A stretch of 64,000 nt of DNA. It comes from an uncultured Verrucomicrobiae bacterium (GTDB lineage: Bacteria > Verrucomicrobiota > Verrucomicrobiia > Chthoniobacterales > JAFAMB01). Of this stretch, positions 10,895 through 20,835 are shown piece after piece (positions within the stretch are counted from its first letter, which is position 1; each line of letters begins with the position of its first letter). Both the position numbers and the translations under genes were made by a program. The stretch covers positions 2,688,001-2,752,000 of the forward strand of contig CAWIPH010000002.1 in the NCBI GenBank assembly GCA_963837955.1, read 5' to 3'. The notes beneath the pieces were generated by a model, which saw only the letters and a list, made by a program, of their open reading frames with translations, was not told where the DNA came from and did not search any database.

Positions 10895-11761
10895 ATGGCA
10901 GTAATGCGTGAGACGCTACTCCGGGCCGATCCGCGTTACTTTCAAATCGCCGCGTTGGGCTCTCTTCTATTCTATGGCTGCACCCGGCTAGGATTTGAGA
11001 TCGATGGGTTGCAGATCACTCTGACGCTGGCGGCCGCGGTCGGTGTGCAGCTCCTTTTGGCCTGGGTGACTCGAGCGGATGCGCGGTCTGATATACGCAG
11101 CGCCCTCATTACGGGTTTGTCGCTCTGTCTTCTCTTGCGAACCAACACCGTCTGGTTCGCCGCAGTGGCGGCGGCAGCGGCGATTCTTAGCAAATTTGTC
11201 ATTCGCTTTCGAGGTAAACATTTGTTCAACCCGGCCAACTTCGGCTTGGTCATTCTCTTGATAGCGGGTCCGCGAATCGCCTGGTGTTCCGCCGGTCAAT
11301 GGGGTTCGACAACTGTGCTCACCTTTTTCTTTGTGTGTCTTGGTTTATTGGTTGTGTATCGAGCACGTCGCGCGGATATCTCGTTCGCATTCCTGGTGGG
11401 CTACGCCATCCTGCTTTTCGGTCGCTCGGCCTGGCTGGGCGAACCCTTGACCATTCCGTGGCATCGCCTGCAAAGCGGAGCGTTGCTGTTGTTTGCTTTC
11501 TTCATGATCTCCGATCCGCGAAGTACTCCGAACTCCTGGATCGGACGATTGATTTTCGCGCTGTTGGTCGTTCTCGGTACCGGCTTCGTTCAATTCGTAT
11601 TGAACCGCCCAAATGGCCTTTTCTTCAGCTTGGCGGTCTTCTCGCTGTCGGTGCCGCTCATCGACTTATTGTTTCCGGCCGTTCACTACGAATGGTCGCA
11701 GCTCACTAAAGTGCCGGGCTCAGGGACTCGTTCCATCTTTCCCGACCGGCCAGTCACCTAA
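10895..11761 (+). CDS. Standalone NqrB/RnfD-like polytopic membrane protein
   Basis: SALITGLSLCLLL, KHLFNPANFG, FFMISDPRSTP motifs; multiple TM helices; 288 aa. Confidence 0.78.
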   Translation: MAVMRETLLRADPRYFQIAALGSLLFYGCTRLGFEIDGLQITLTLAAAVGVQLLLAWVTRADARSDIRSALITGLSLCLLLRTNTVWFAAVAAAAAILSKFVIRFRGKHLFNPANFGLVILLIAGPRIAWCSAGQWGSTTVLTFFFVCLGLLVVYRARRADISFAFLVGYAILLFGRSAWLGEPLTIPWHRLQSGALLLFAFFMISDPRSTPNSWIGRLIFALLVVLGTGFVQFVLNRPNGLFFSLAVFSLSVPLIDLLFPAVHYEWSQLTKVPGSGTRSIFPDRPVT

Positions 11762-11804
11762 ATTACGCTTTCTCGTTCCATTGAAATTGAATCGCTGTGA
11801 TCCT

Positions 11805-13157
11805 ATGACGACCTCCCGACTCTCCCTCCTCCTCATCTGTTCTGTCCTTTGCTTATCCAGCGCAGACCTGTGCGCCTTCTGCGGTTTCTATGTAGCTAAG
11901 GCCGACACGAAGATTTTTAACCAGGCTTCCAAAGTGGTAATGGTGCGGGATGACGATCGAACCGTCCTGACTCTAGCGAACGATTTCCAAGGCGACGCCA
12001 AAGATTTTGCGGTGGTAATCCCCGTGCCGACGGTCTTGGAAAAAGGCCAGATCCATGTCGGGGATAATGCGTTGATCGACCATCTTGATGCCTATTCTGC
12101 GCCGCGGCTCGTCGAGTATTGGGACGAAGACCCCTGCGCAATTCGTTATCGGGCTCAAGCAGTACCAAATGCGCCGAGCGGGGCCGCCGCTCCAAATCAG
12201 AGTCGAGCTTCAGCTCTCGGCGTAAAGATCGAAGCCCAATACACCGTCGGCGAATACGATATCGTGATTCTCTCGGCTGAGCAGAGTAACGGGCTGGAAA
12301 CCTGGCTGACGGAGAGTGGTTACAAAATCCCCAGTGGCGCCGCCAGCGTCCTGGAGAGTTACATCAAACAGAATCTGCGCTTTTTCGTCGCCAAAGTGAA
12401 TCTGGAAGAAAAGGGGAAACTCGGTTTCACTTATTTGCGGCCGCTCCAGTTGGCCTACGAGAGCAGCAAATTCATGTTACCGATCCGGCTCGGGACGGTG
12501 AACGCGAACGGCAGCCAGGAACTGTTTGTATTTGCCTTGAGCCGGCAAGGCCGCGTGGAAACCACTAACTACCGCACGGTGAAACTAAACTCGGATTTGG
12601 AAGTGCCACTGTTTATCAAAGATGATTTCTCCCATTTTTATCGATCGATGTTTGATCGTGCCGTGCAACGGGAAGACATGCGGGTCGTTTTCCTGGAATA
12701 CGCGTGGGATATGGGATGGTGCGATCCGTGCGCAGCGGAACCGTTAACCAACGACGAATTACGAAAGCTGGGCGTTTTCTGGTTAGACGACACTGACCCG
12801 CCCTCTAGCAAAACTGGTAGCAACCGTCCGATTGTTCGACCTTACGGCGGAACCAACGTATTCGTGACACGGCTACATCTGCGCTACGATGCCGCGCATT
12901 TCCCCGAGGATTTGGCATTCCAACAGACGGGCGATCGCGAGAATTTTCAGGGAAGATACATTCTGCGCCACCCCTGGACCGGCGAAGCAAAATGCGAGGC
13001 GGCCAGAGCCTATCTTAGATCCCTCGACACCCGCCATCGAACGGAAGCGGAGAATCTCGCCAATCTCACCGGTTGGGATATCCAAGAGATCTACAAGAAG
13101 ATGAATTTTCAGCCCGTGAACGGGAATAAAAAGTGGTGGCAAAAGATCTGGGAATAA
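11805..13157 (+). CDS. Exported DUF2330-like protein
   Basis: Signal peptide then AFCGFYVAKAD, YSAPRLVEY, VGEYDIVILSA, MLPIRLG, EYAWDMGWCDPC; start set to ATG 11805, in frame within the track ORF. Confidence 0.8.
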   Translation: MTTSRLSLLLICSVLCLSSADLCAFCGFYVAKADTKIFNQASKVVMVRDDDRTVLTLANDFQGDAKDFAVVIPVPTVLEKGQIHVGDNALIDHLDAYSAPRLVEYWDEDPCAIRYRAQAVPNAPSGAAAPNQSRASALGVKIEAQYTVGEYDIVILSAEQSNGLETWLTESGYKIPSGAASVLESYIKQNLRFFVAKVNLEEKGKLGFTYLRPLQLAYESSKFMLPIRLGTVNANGSQELFVFALSRQGRVETTNYRTVKLNSDLEVPLFIKDDFSHFYRSMFDRAVQREDMRVVFLEYAWDMGWCDPCAAEPLTNDELRKLGVFWLDDTDPPSSKTGSNRPIVRPYGGTNVFVTRLHLRYDAAHFPEDLAFQQTGDRENFQGRYILRHPWTGEAKCEAARAYLRSLDTRHRTEAENLANLTGWDIQEIYKKMNFQPVNGNKKWWQKIWE

Positions 13158-13251
13158 AGGAGTTACCGAATAAGAAGTAGGGACTCCGCGTCTGACAATT
13201 CTGAATGGCAGTCGTGCACCTGACATCAACTCAGAACTCCTCGTGCTTTCT

Positions 13252-13611
13252 ATGACGCAAGAACAAAGAGAAGCTGTGGTGGACCTTCTCCTCCTCGGCA
13301 TGTTTGCAGATGCTCCCCTGAGGGTTAGCGAAGATCAGAAACTGCTCTCCGTGATCGAGGAAATCGGCTGGGAGTCGTATCAAACGCCCGATCTCTATCT
13401 CCAATCGGCGATCGCAAAGGCCCGTGAAGCCTCCGATACGGAAATTGGCACGAAGCACCGGCTGGAAAAGATCGGCCATGAACTGGACGACGCCCCGCTC
13501 CGACAACGCGCGCTAGACTATCTCATTCAGTTTCTGGGAGTCGACGGAGCTGTCGACATTGATGAATCGAAATTTCTCGAACTCGCCAGGAAAGCATTGC
13601 AAGCGCCCTAA
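13252..13611 (+). CDS. Hypothetical all-helical protein, TerB-like
   Basis: LLGMFAD..L..SE and LGVDG.VD.DE.KFL repeats resemble TerB-family acidic motifs. Confidence 0.55.
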   Translation: MTQEQREAVVDLLLLGMFADAPLRVSEDQKLLSVIEEIGWESYQTPDLYLQSAIAKAREASDTEIGTKHRLEKIGHELDDAPLRQRALDYLIQFLGVDGAVDIDESKFLELARKALQAP

Positions 13612-13815
13612 GTGTTTTATGAGAGGTCGACATCCGGCAGTTTTCTACCGTGAGTTCGTCGACGAACTTCCGGTCGACGCTTCTATTCTTTAGCGCAGCG
13701 CGACCTCAACCCCGGGCGCTGACCCACGCCGGAAGGCATTCGCTGAGAATCCCGACGAAGCCCCAGTCCGGCGCACCGATGCTCCGGCTTTGCCTTAGCG
13801 AGATGAATGCGGCAA

Positions 13816-14718
13816 CTATTGGTTGCTCTCGCTGCTCAGAATATTCCGCCGCGCGAAGCGATCGTTGCTTTGGCGACGCAGAATCACAAATGTATTATTC
13901 TCGCCGTACATCGCCCAAGGACCAGGCGAAACCTCTTTGAATTCTACGAAACGCCAGTCGCAGGCATCTTTATTCCCGAGACCAAGGTAGTCGCGAACTG
14001 CAGGCGAAACGTCCAGTCCAGCGCCTTGGTTGAGATTCGGGCGCGGACGCTCGTTCCCAAAGACATACTGCCAGTGATCCGTACGAAACGGACCACAATC
14101 CTCCCACTGAGCATAGCAGATACGGTTACCGTGCCGAATACAAAGCCAGCGGCTCTTTAGAACCGTTTGTCCGTCACGAACGAAAGATTGCTTGAACCAA
14201 GGAACGACCTGGGCGGCCTCCGGCTTAGTGTGGCTGTATTCCACGTCGTTGTAGGGCAACGCTACATAAAAAGGGTTTTGCCGCGGAATGAAATTGACCG
14301 GGATGTAATTGCGTCGACCAGACGGGTCCGGATTATCGTATCCTCCGTAACTGCTGCTCCAATATTTGTCCCAAGAGCTTCTGTCGTTAGGTACCGGGTT
14401 GTTGCCAGAGGGCCGTTCACCAATCCAGAAAATGGTGGTGACAATGTTTAGCTTCCAAGGGTATCGCCCGGAACCGATCGCCAGACCGTTGCTGCGACCC
14501 ATCAATGAAGGACCACTCTGATAACGCGGTCCACCTCCCGTGAATGTCGTTTTGGTCGGCGACATGATCACTTTCGGTTCGACCTTAAGTAGCGCGTTTT
14601 CCCGCAACTTCATCGCGTACTTCGCAAAATCGGTACTACTCTCGTACTGAGTTTGGGCAAATGCAGCACCACCAAACAAGAACGAGACCGACGCCAAGAT
14701 GGGAAAATAAGACCGCAT
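13816..14718 (-). CDS. Secreted hypothetical protein with a possible RlpA/expansin-like double-psi beta-barrel
   Basis: Signal peptide (MRSYFPILASVSFLFGGAAFA); YVALP, WEDCGPF and GLDVSPAVRDYLG segments. Confidence 0.6.
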   Translation of the reverse strand: MRSYFPILASVSFLFGGAAFAQTQYESSTDFAKYAMKLRENALLKVEPKVIMSPTKTTFTGGGPRYQSGPSLMGRSNGLAIGSGRYPWKLNIVTTIFWIGERPSGNNPVPNDRSSWDKYWSSSYGGYDNPDPSGRRNYIPVNFIPRQNPFYVALPYNDVEYSHTKPEAAQVVPWFKQSFVRDGQTVLKSRWLCIRHGNRICYAQWEDCGPFRTDHWQYVFGNERPRPNLNQGAGLDVSPAVRDYLGLGNKDACDWRFVEFKEVSPGPWAMYGENNTFVILRRQSNDRFARRNILSSESNQ

Positions 14719-14863
14719 GCGGAGTGTGTTTTTCTGTTTTACGAGCAGCGGGAGCCAAAGAGCAAGAGATTTCTGCATTTTTACAACTCAAATCTGCGTG
14801 TTTTCGCCATCTACGGTCCGAATGGGCCCTACTTTAGCTTATTTAGGACAATTTCAATAACTT

Positions 14864-16462
14864 TCAGTATCGAAATAATACTGAATCGCGACGATAGCCG
14901 GACTCGTCTGTTTCCGGATAGTCGAGCGTAAAATGGAGGCCCCTGCTTTCTTTTCTAGCCAAAGCAGAGTCCACGATCAAACTCGCCACCGTACAAAGGT
15001 TGCGCAGCTCGAGTAAATCGGTGGACAAATTAAAGTCCCAATAAAATTCCTGAATTTCCCGCTGCAAATTCCGCAGTCGGGTGCTCGCCCGCTGGAGCCT
15101 CTTGTTGGTGCGCACGATACCGACGTAGTCCCACATCAGCCGGCGGATCTCATCCCAGTTGTGATAGACCACGACCAGTTCATCGACATCTTGAGCGTGA
15201 CCAGGCCGCCAATCTGGTAGTTGCACTTCCTGATGGTATTTAGAGTATTTCGGCCGCAACAAGGCGCTCGCGCAACGCTTGGCTAGAACCACCGCTTCAA
15301 GTAGCGAATTGCTTGCCAAGCGATTGGCTCCGTGCAGGCCGGTACAAGCCACTTCGCCTATCGCAAAGAGCCCGCGCAAAGTCGTTGCGCCATCGATATC
15401 AGTTCGGACACCTCCACATTGATAATGTGCGGCCGGTACGATCGGGATCGGCTGGACGGTGATATCAATCCCCAGACCCAGGCAAGTCTCGTAAATATTG
15501 GGAAATCGTTCTTTGATAAAAGCGGCCGGTTTCCGCGTGATATCGAGATACATGCAGGGCGCGCCCGTCCGCTTCATTTCCGCATCGATGGCCCGAGCAA
15601 CAATGTCACGCGGCGCAAGAGCCCCGAGGCGATGGTATTTGGTCATGAATTCGCGACCATTGGCGTCCACCAAAATCCCCCCCTCGCCCCGCACCGCTTC
15701 GGTAATGAGGAACGACCTAGCCGCAGGATGAAAAAGACAGGTCGGATGAAATTGAATAAATTCCATGTTGGCGATGGCCGCACCTGCCCGCCAAGCCATG
15801 GCCACGCCATCGCCGGTAGCGATGTTCGGGTTTGTTGTATAGAGGTAAACTTTGCCGCAGCCACCGGTAGCAAGAATCACCCGATCTGTACGTAACCATT
15901 TTACCGCGCCGGTTTCTTCATCCAATACGTAAACGCCGACGACTCGATCCTCCGCAGCGTAGCCCAGCCTTCCGGTCGTGATGAGGTCGACCGCCATGTG
16001 ATTTGATAGAACTGTGACGTTTGATGTCGCTTCCAGCGCTGCGACCAAGCGCTGCTCGATCTCTCGACCGGTCATATCAAGGTAATGCAGAACTCGGCGC
16101 TTAGAGTGGCCGCCTTCCTTTGTCAGATCGAGTTCCCGGTGACCATCTTCCAATACCCGTTCATCGAAATGCACACCCCACTTGATCAAATCCTGAATCG
16201 CCGCGGGACCTTCGGTGATTATCGTCCGGACGACGTCTTCATGACACAAGCCGGCTCCGGCGATCAGCGTATCTTTCACGTGCAAGTCGAAGGAGTCTTC
16301 CGCACTTGTCACCGCGGCGACTCCGCCTTGCGCCCATGCTGTATTCGATTCGCCCAGGGTTCGTTTCGTCACCAGTGCGACCGAACCATACTGGGCGACG
16401 TTCAAGGCTAGACTCAGACCAGCGATCCCGCTGCCAATAATGACAAAATCGAACTGGTTCAT
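14864..16462 (-). CDS. nadB: L-aspartate oxidase
   Basis: GSGIAG FAD motif, EGGHSKRRVLH, QFHPT, HYQCGG, GLHGANRLASNSLLE, ESRGLH. Confidence 0.96.
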   Translation of the reverse strand: MNQFDFVIIGSGIAGLSLALNVAQYGSVALVTKRTLGESNTAWAQGGVAAVTSAEDSFDLHVKDTLIAGAGLCHEDVVRTIITEGPAAIQDLIKWGVHFDERVLEDGHRELDLTKEGGHSKRRVLHYLDMTGREIEQRLVAALEATSNVTVLSNHMAVDLITTGRLGYAAEDRVVGVYVLDEETGAVKWLRTDRVILATGGCGKVYLYTTNPNIATGDGVAMAWRAGAAIANMEFIQFHPTCLFHPAARSFLITEAVRGEGGILVDANGREFMTKYHRLGALAPRDIVARAIDAEMKRTGAPCMYLDITRKPAAFIKERFPNIYETCLGLGIDITVQPIPIVPAAHYQCGGVRTDIDGATTLRGLFAIGEVACTGLHGANRLASNSLLEAVVLAKRCASALLRPKYSKYHQEVQLPDWRPGHAQDVDELVVVYHNWDEIRRLMWDYVGIVRTNKRLQRASTRLRNLQREIQEFYWDFNLSTDLLELRNLCTVASLIVDSALARKESRGLHFTLDYPETDESGYRRDSVLFRY

Positions 16463-17301
16463 TCCAGAAGCCGGTTATCAATCAGTCGCGTTGTTCCGAA
16501 GAAGACAGCCGCGGCGAGCAGCATGGGGGGGCGCAAGCTGGTAACAGGCTGGAGATTCTCAGGGTCGACTGCTACCACATAGTCGACCTTCGCTAGCGAC
16601 GCGAGTTCCATTTCGGCCCGCATCCATTTCACCAAACCCGTAACTGATCCCCGGCCCTCGCGAACCTTCTTCTCCGCTCGTTGCAATACTTGCTGGATGA
16701 CAGGTGCTTGCTCGCGTTCCTCCGTACTAAGATAAATATTTCGTGAACTCAGAGCCAGCCCGTCTGGTTCTCGAACCGTCGGATGCGCCTCAAGCCGGAC
16801 AGAAAAATTCAGGTCGCGGACCAATCGTCTAATAATGGCAAATTGCTGGAAGTCTTTGGCACCAAAGATCGCGACGTCGGGACAAAATAGATTCAACAGT
16901 TTCGCCACGACCGTGCAGACCCCGGCAAAATGACCTGGACGCGACGCTCCGCACATCACCGTCGAAAGCGAGTTTTCGACAACCACGACTGATCGATCGC
17001 CAAAATACATATCGGACGCCGCCGGGGCGAAGAGCAGATCGCAACCGTTTTGTTTGAGCAACGCCGAGTCTGTAGCAAACGGACGCGGGTACTGCGCAAA
17101 ATCTTCTGAAGGCCCAAACTGCGCCGGATTCACAAAGATGCTGGCGGCGGCCGTACCTGTGCCCTGGGCAAGTTTCCGAGCCCGCCGCACCAGGGCGAGG
17201 TGGCCTTCATGTAGCGCGCCCATGGTCGGAACCAGCACAAGCGGGCGCGGCGCTGTGGAGATGATCTGCCGCAGCTTCAACGGGTCTCTGACTATGCGCA
17301 T
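16459..17301 (-). CDS. panC: Pantoate-beta-alanine ligase
   Basis: VPTMGALHEGH, IFVNPAQF, RPGHFAGV, FGAKDFQQ, DGLALSSRN, TRLIDN. Confidence 0.96.
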   Translation of the reverse strand: MRIVRDPLKLRQIISTAPRPLVLVPTMGALHEGHLALVRRARKLAQGTGTAAASIFVNPAQFGPSEDFAQYPRPFATDSALLKQNGCDLLFAPAASDMYFGDRSVVVVENSLSTVMCGASRPGHFAGVCTVVAKLLNLFCPDVAIFGAKDFQQFAIIRRLVRDLNFSVRLEAHPTVREPDGLALSSRNIYLSTEEREQAPVIQQVLQRAEKKVREGRGSVTGLVKWMRAEMELASLAKVDYVVAVDPENLQPVTSLRPPMLLAAAVFFGTTRLIDNRLLE

Positions 17302-17388
17302 GTCCAAAGCGGAATTTAGAATAAAAACGTCGGGTCAGCGAATCGGGCACAATAGAACTCGCAACCTGAAACCGCCAACCTGCAACTT

Positions 17389-20300
17389 CTAGCTCCCCAC
17401 TACCTGCAAGAGGCCGCGCAAAGGGATCGCCGTCCATTTTGGCCGATTGTTTAGCTCGTAACGCAATTCGTACATCGCTTTCAGGACCGAATAGCTGCGC
17501 AGCAAAGCACGTAAGTCACCTCGATCAAAAGGAACAAAGACAGCGTTAGCGGCTGTTTCCAAGTAAGCGCCTAGAAAGACCTGGCCGGCCCGCGTCGCCC
17601 ATAGATCGGCGAACGCACCTAGTGTCTGGCGATCTTCCGGGCGTACGGTTCGTGACTCAAACAAACTGTAGTGCGCGACATAATGGAAAGAGCGAAGCAT
17701 GCCGGCAATATCAACCATGGCGGATCGCTTCAATCTGCGCTCCCCGAGCGGGCGAGCCGGCTCGCCTTCGAAATCAAGGATCACATAGTCTTTTCCGGTG
17801 AACAGGATCTGCCCGAGATGATAGTCTCCGTGGATTCGAATCTTATGCACATGAATGGTGTCGTGTAGCAGATACTCGTGCGAACTCATCAGCTTATCAC
17901 CGATAGACATCACCTGGTCCGCCAGCGCTCGTGGATACTCTTCCAATCCGCTCAGATTCCTCCCGAGCAAAGTCAAAGTCAGCTTGGATTCGCTCCGGAT
18001 CGATTGGTAGACCGATCGTTGGTGTTGCAGTGTGAATGGCTCCGGTCGGAAATCAGGCGAATCGGCATCGGCCGCCAACGCCAGATGCATTTCGGCAGTT
18101 CGTTGGCCCAAAAGGCGGACCGTTTCAAGGTGCACTCCCTCGATCACAGTGAGTAGTTGCTCCGGGATCTGATCCCACAGCCCGAGTCTAGGCGGCTCGG
18201 GCAGGGTCGGGTCACCAAGAACGCGATCGAAAAAGCGATCGACTGCCGCGAGCGTGTGGGTCCAGCCATCTTGCTCGTTGCCGGTAAATACTTGGGCCAT
18301 CGCTAGCGCAGCCGGATCTTGACCGCGAGCAATGTACTGCATATCGCCCAGATAACTCGGAACGTGCGGGAAGCCGCATCGTTCACTCAGTTGCTTGGTG
18401 ACTTCCAGATCAGGATTTAGTCCCTCATCCAATTTCCGGAATAGTTTCAGGTAAATCTGCTCGCCGTAGATGATCGAGCTATTACTCTGTTCCACCTTCA
18501 ATGCTTTAGAGACTTCCGGAAGCCCGTTATCGGCCATCTCCAGTAGTCGCTTGGAACGGCTCGGGCTAAGCTGGCCGCTGCGTCCTGGGACCGATCCTCC
18601 GGAAACGATCGATTTCAGGAGAACTCGATGGAAATTCGTCGAGGCAACCGCATCCACCATTAAATCGCCCTCCGCGCCAACCCTGGCAATGACTGCACCC
18701 GGGTATTCGACTTCGATCGATCTGGCCTCCTCTCCCGAAACAACTTTGACGGGTAGCGCATACAGATCCCGTGCTCCCTCTGAAAAATTCACGCCAATGA
18801 TGAGGAACAGGGTTGAGTCTTCGGAGCCTAGATCAACCAGATCAACCAAAACGGTACTAACAATGCTGCGCGATTTGCTCCGGTACCATCGGGCAGCGCG
18901 CATATAATTGATGAGGTCACGTTCAAGAAATCTTGCCCCGGCCGGTGAAGACCACCACGCGGCGGTGCCGTTGTAAGCAATCGTTGGAAGATATTTTTCA
19001 CCGGCGGAAACACCTGCGACTTCCGGCGGCGTTAATAACAACCAATAAAACGAGGTTGGGCCGAGCGTGATCGGGTAAGGACCGTCCCGAATCACTGGAA
19101 ACCGGCCGTGACCGAACGCGTCTTCCGGCGTCCAACCTGCCCAGGGTTGAAGATCCAACTCAACCGCTTGGGTAAAACGGGCGAGGTTTATTACCACCAG
19201 GATTGTCTGCGTCTCATATGTGCGGGTGAAGACCAGCACCTTGTTGTTTGCTGGGAACAGCATCCGAAAATCACCGTGACCGAACGCGGGAAACCGTTTG
19301 CGCATCGCGATGATCCGGCGCATCCACCAAAGAAAGGAAGAGAGATTAGTCTCCTGTACTTCGACGTTGATCGCTTCGTAGTGAAATTCCGGATCGATGT
19401 TAACCGGCAGAAACAAAGAGTGCGGATTGGCTCGAGAAAAGCCGGCGTTTTTGTCCGCGCTCCATTGCATCGGCGTACGGACTCCATTGCGATCGCCCAA
19501 ATAGATGTTATCTCCCATTCCGATCTCGTCGCCATAGTAAAGGATGGGGCTTCCTGGCATAGAAAACAGGATGGCGTGAATCAACTCGAGCTTACGTCGG
19601 TTGTTGCTCAAGAGCGGAGCGAGCCGGCGCCGGATACCGAGGTTGAGGCGAGCGCGCGGATCGCGAGCGTAGACGCGATACATGTAGTCACGCTCCTCCT
19701 CTGTCACCATCTCGAGCGTCAGCTCATCGTGGTTGCGCAAGAAAATCGCCCACTGGCAATTTTCCGGAATGTTCGGCGTTTGGTCGAGGATGTCGACGAG
19801 CGGATAACGATCTTCCATGTGCAGCGACATGTAGATCCGCGGCATGATGGGAAAATTGAATGCCATATGACATTCGTTGCCATTTCCAAAGTAAGCTACC
19901 GCGTCATCCGGCCACTGATTGGCTTCCGCCAAAAGCATCCGGTCGACGTATTTTTCGTCGATGTGAGCTCGAACCTTTTGAAGATATTCGTGTGTCTCTG
20001 AGAGATTCTCGCAACTCGTTCCTTCGCGTTCAAAGAGATAGGGCACCGCATCGAGCCGCAGCCCATCCACTCCCATATCGAGCCAGAAATCGACGACCTT
20101 GAGCATAGCTGAACAGACCTCGGGATTGTCGTAATTCAGGTCGGGCTGGTGGGAATAAAAGCGATGCCAGAAATACGATTTCGCGATCGGATCGTAGGTC
20201 CAGTTACTGATTTCAGTATCTTTGAAGATGACGCGAGCTTCCTGATATTTATTCGGATCATCCGACCAAACATAATAATCGCGCCACGGATCACCAGCTA

Positions 20301-20694
20301 CCGCCCGTCGCGATCGTTGGAACCATATATGCTGATCGCTCGTGTGATTGAGCACCAGCTCGGTGATTACCTTGAGACCGGCTTCATGCGCGGCTTCCAG
20401 GAACTGCCGAAAATCATCGAGCGTTCCGTATGACGGATGCACGTTATAACAATCCGCGATGTCATAGCCATCATCGCGCAAGGGCGACGGATAAAATGGG
20501 AGCAACCAAATCGCGGTAACGCCAAGATTCCGCAAGTAGTCGAGCTTGCTGAGCAACCCCTGGAAGTCTCCGACGCCGTCGTTGTTAGCGTCGCAGAAGG
20601 TCTTGATATGAAGTTGATAAATTATGGCGCCTTTAAACCAGTTCGAGCTCGCTGGTTTGGCGACGTCATGTGTTTCGGTAGTCGGAATCTGCAT
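17389..20694 (-). CDS. treS: Trehalose synthase fused to maltokinase (TreS-Mak/Pep2)
   Basis: GH13 motifs (LRLDAVPYL, AEANQWP, FLRNHDELTLE) plus C-terminal EQSNSS, RIHGDYHLGQ, DFEGEP maltokinase motifs. Confidence 0.93.
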   Translation of the reverse strand: MQIPTTETHDVAKPASSNWFKGAIIYQLHIKTFCDANNDGVGDFQGLLSKLDYLRNLGVTAIWLLPFYPSPLRDDGYDIADCYNVHPSYGTLDDFRQFLEAAHEAGLKVITELVLNHTSDQHIWFQRSRRAVAGDPWRDYYVWSDDPNKYQEARVIFKDTEISNWTYDPIAKSYFWHRFYSHQPDLNYDNPEVCSAMLKVVDFWLDMGVDGLRLDAVPYLFEREGTSCENLSETHEYLQKVRAHIDEKYVDRMLLAEANQWPDDAVAYFGNGNECHMAFNFPIMPRIYMSLHMEDRYPLVDILDQTPNIPENCQWAIFLRNHDELTLEMVTEEERDYMYRVYARDPRARLNLGIRRRLAPLLSNNRRKLELIHAILFSMPGSPILYYGDEIGMGDNIYLGDRNGVRTPMQWSADKNAGFSRANPHSLFLPVNIDPEFHYEAINVEVQETNLSSFLWWMRRIIAMRKRFPAFGHGDFRMLFPANNKVLVFTRTYETQTILVVINLARFTQAVELDLQPWAGWTPEDAFGHGRFPVIRDGPYPITLGPTSFYWLLLTPPEVAGVSAGEKYLPTIAYNGTAAWWSSPAGARFLERDLINYMRAARWYRSKSRSIVSTVLVDLVDLGSEDSTLFLIIGVNFSEGARDLYALPVKVVSGEEARSIEVEYPGAVIARVGAEGDLMVDAVASTNFHRVLLKSIVSGGSVPGRSGQLSPSRSKRLLEMADNGLPEVSKALKVEQSNSSIIYGEQIYLKLFRKLDEGLNPDLEVTKQLSERCGFPHVPSYLGDMQYIARGQDPAALAMAQVFTGNEQDGWTHTLAAVDRFFDRVLGDPTLPEPPRLGLWDQIPEQLLTVIEGVHLETVRLLGQRTAEMHLALAADADSPDFRPEPFTLQHQRSVYQSIRSESKLTLTLLGRNLSGLEEYPRALADQVMSIGDKLMSSHEYLLHDTIHVHKIRIHGDYHLGQILFTGKDYVILDFEGEPARPLGERRLKRSAMVDIAGMLRSFHYVAHYSLFESRTVRPEDRQTLGAFADLWATRAGQVFLGAYLETAANAVFVPFDRGDLRALLRSYSVLKAMYELRYELNNRPKWTAIPLRGLLQVVGS

Positions 20695-20835
20695 ACAAAA
20701 TCAATGGTTGTGAAGCGGTGGTCGATCAGAGGTGCGTCGCTTGGTGTTCGCTTGCCTTTCAATAGGTCTTTCGAACTGCGCTAAAATCATACAGAAATTC
20801 AAGTGACTGCTAGAGGTTGCTCCACCATGGCTTGT

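Noticed and set aside
13620..13815. Palindrome AGTTCGTCGACGAACT and nearby hairpins between convergent genes
   Set aside because: Single occurrence with no recognisable RNA family; cannot be distinguished from chance or terminator-like structure.
19108..20001. 297-aa ORF antisense to treS, and similar long antisense ORFs over thiC, nadB, korA and ggt
   Set aside because: Shadow ORFs expected in GC-rich coding DNA; the opposite strand carries clear family motifs.
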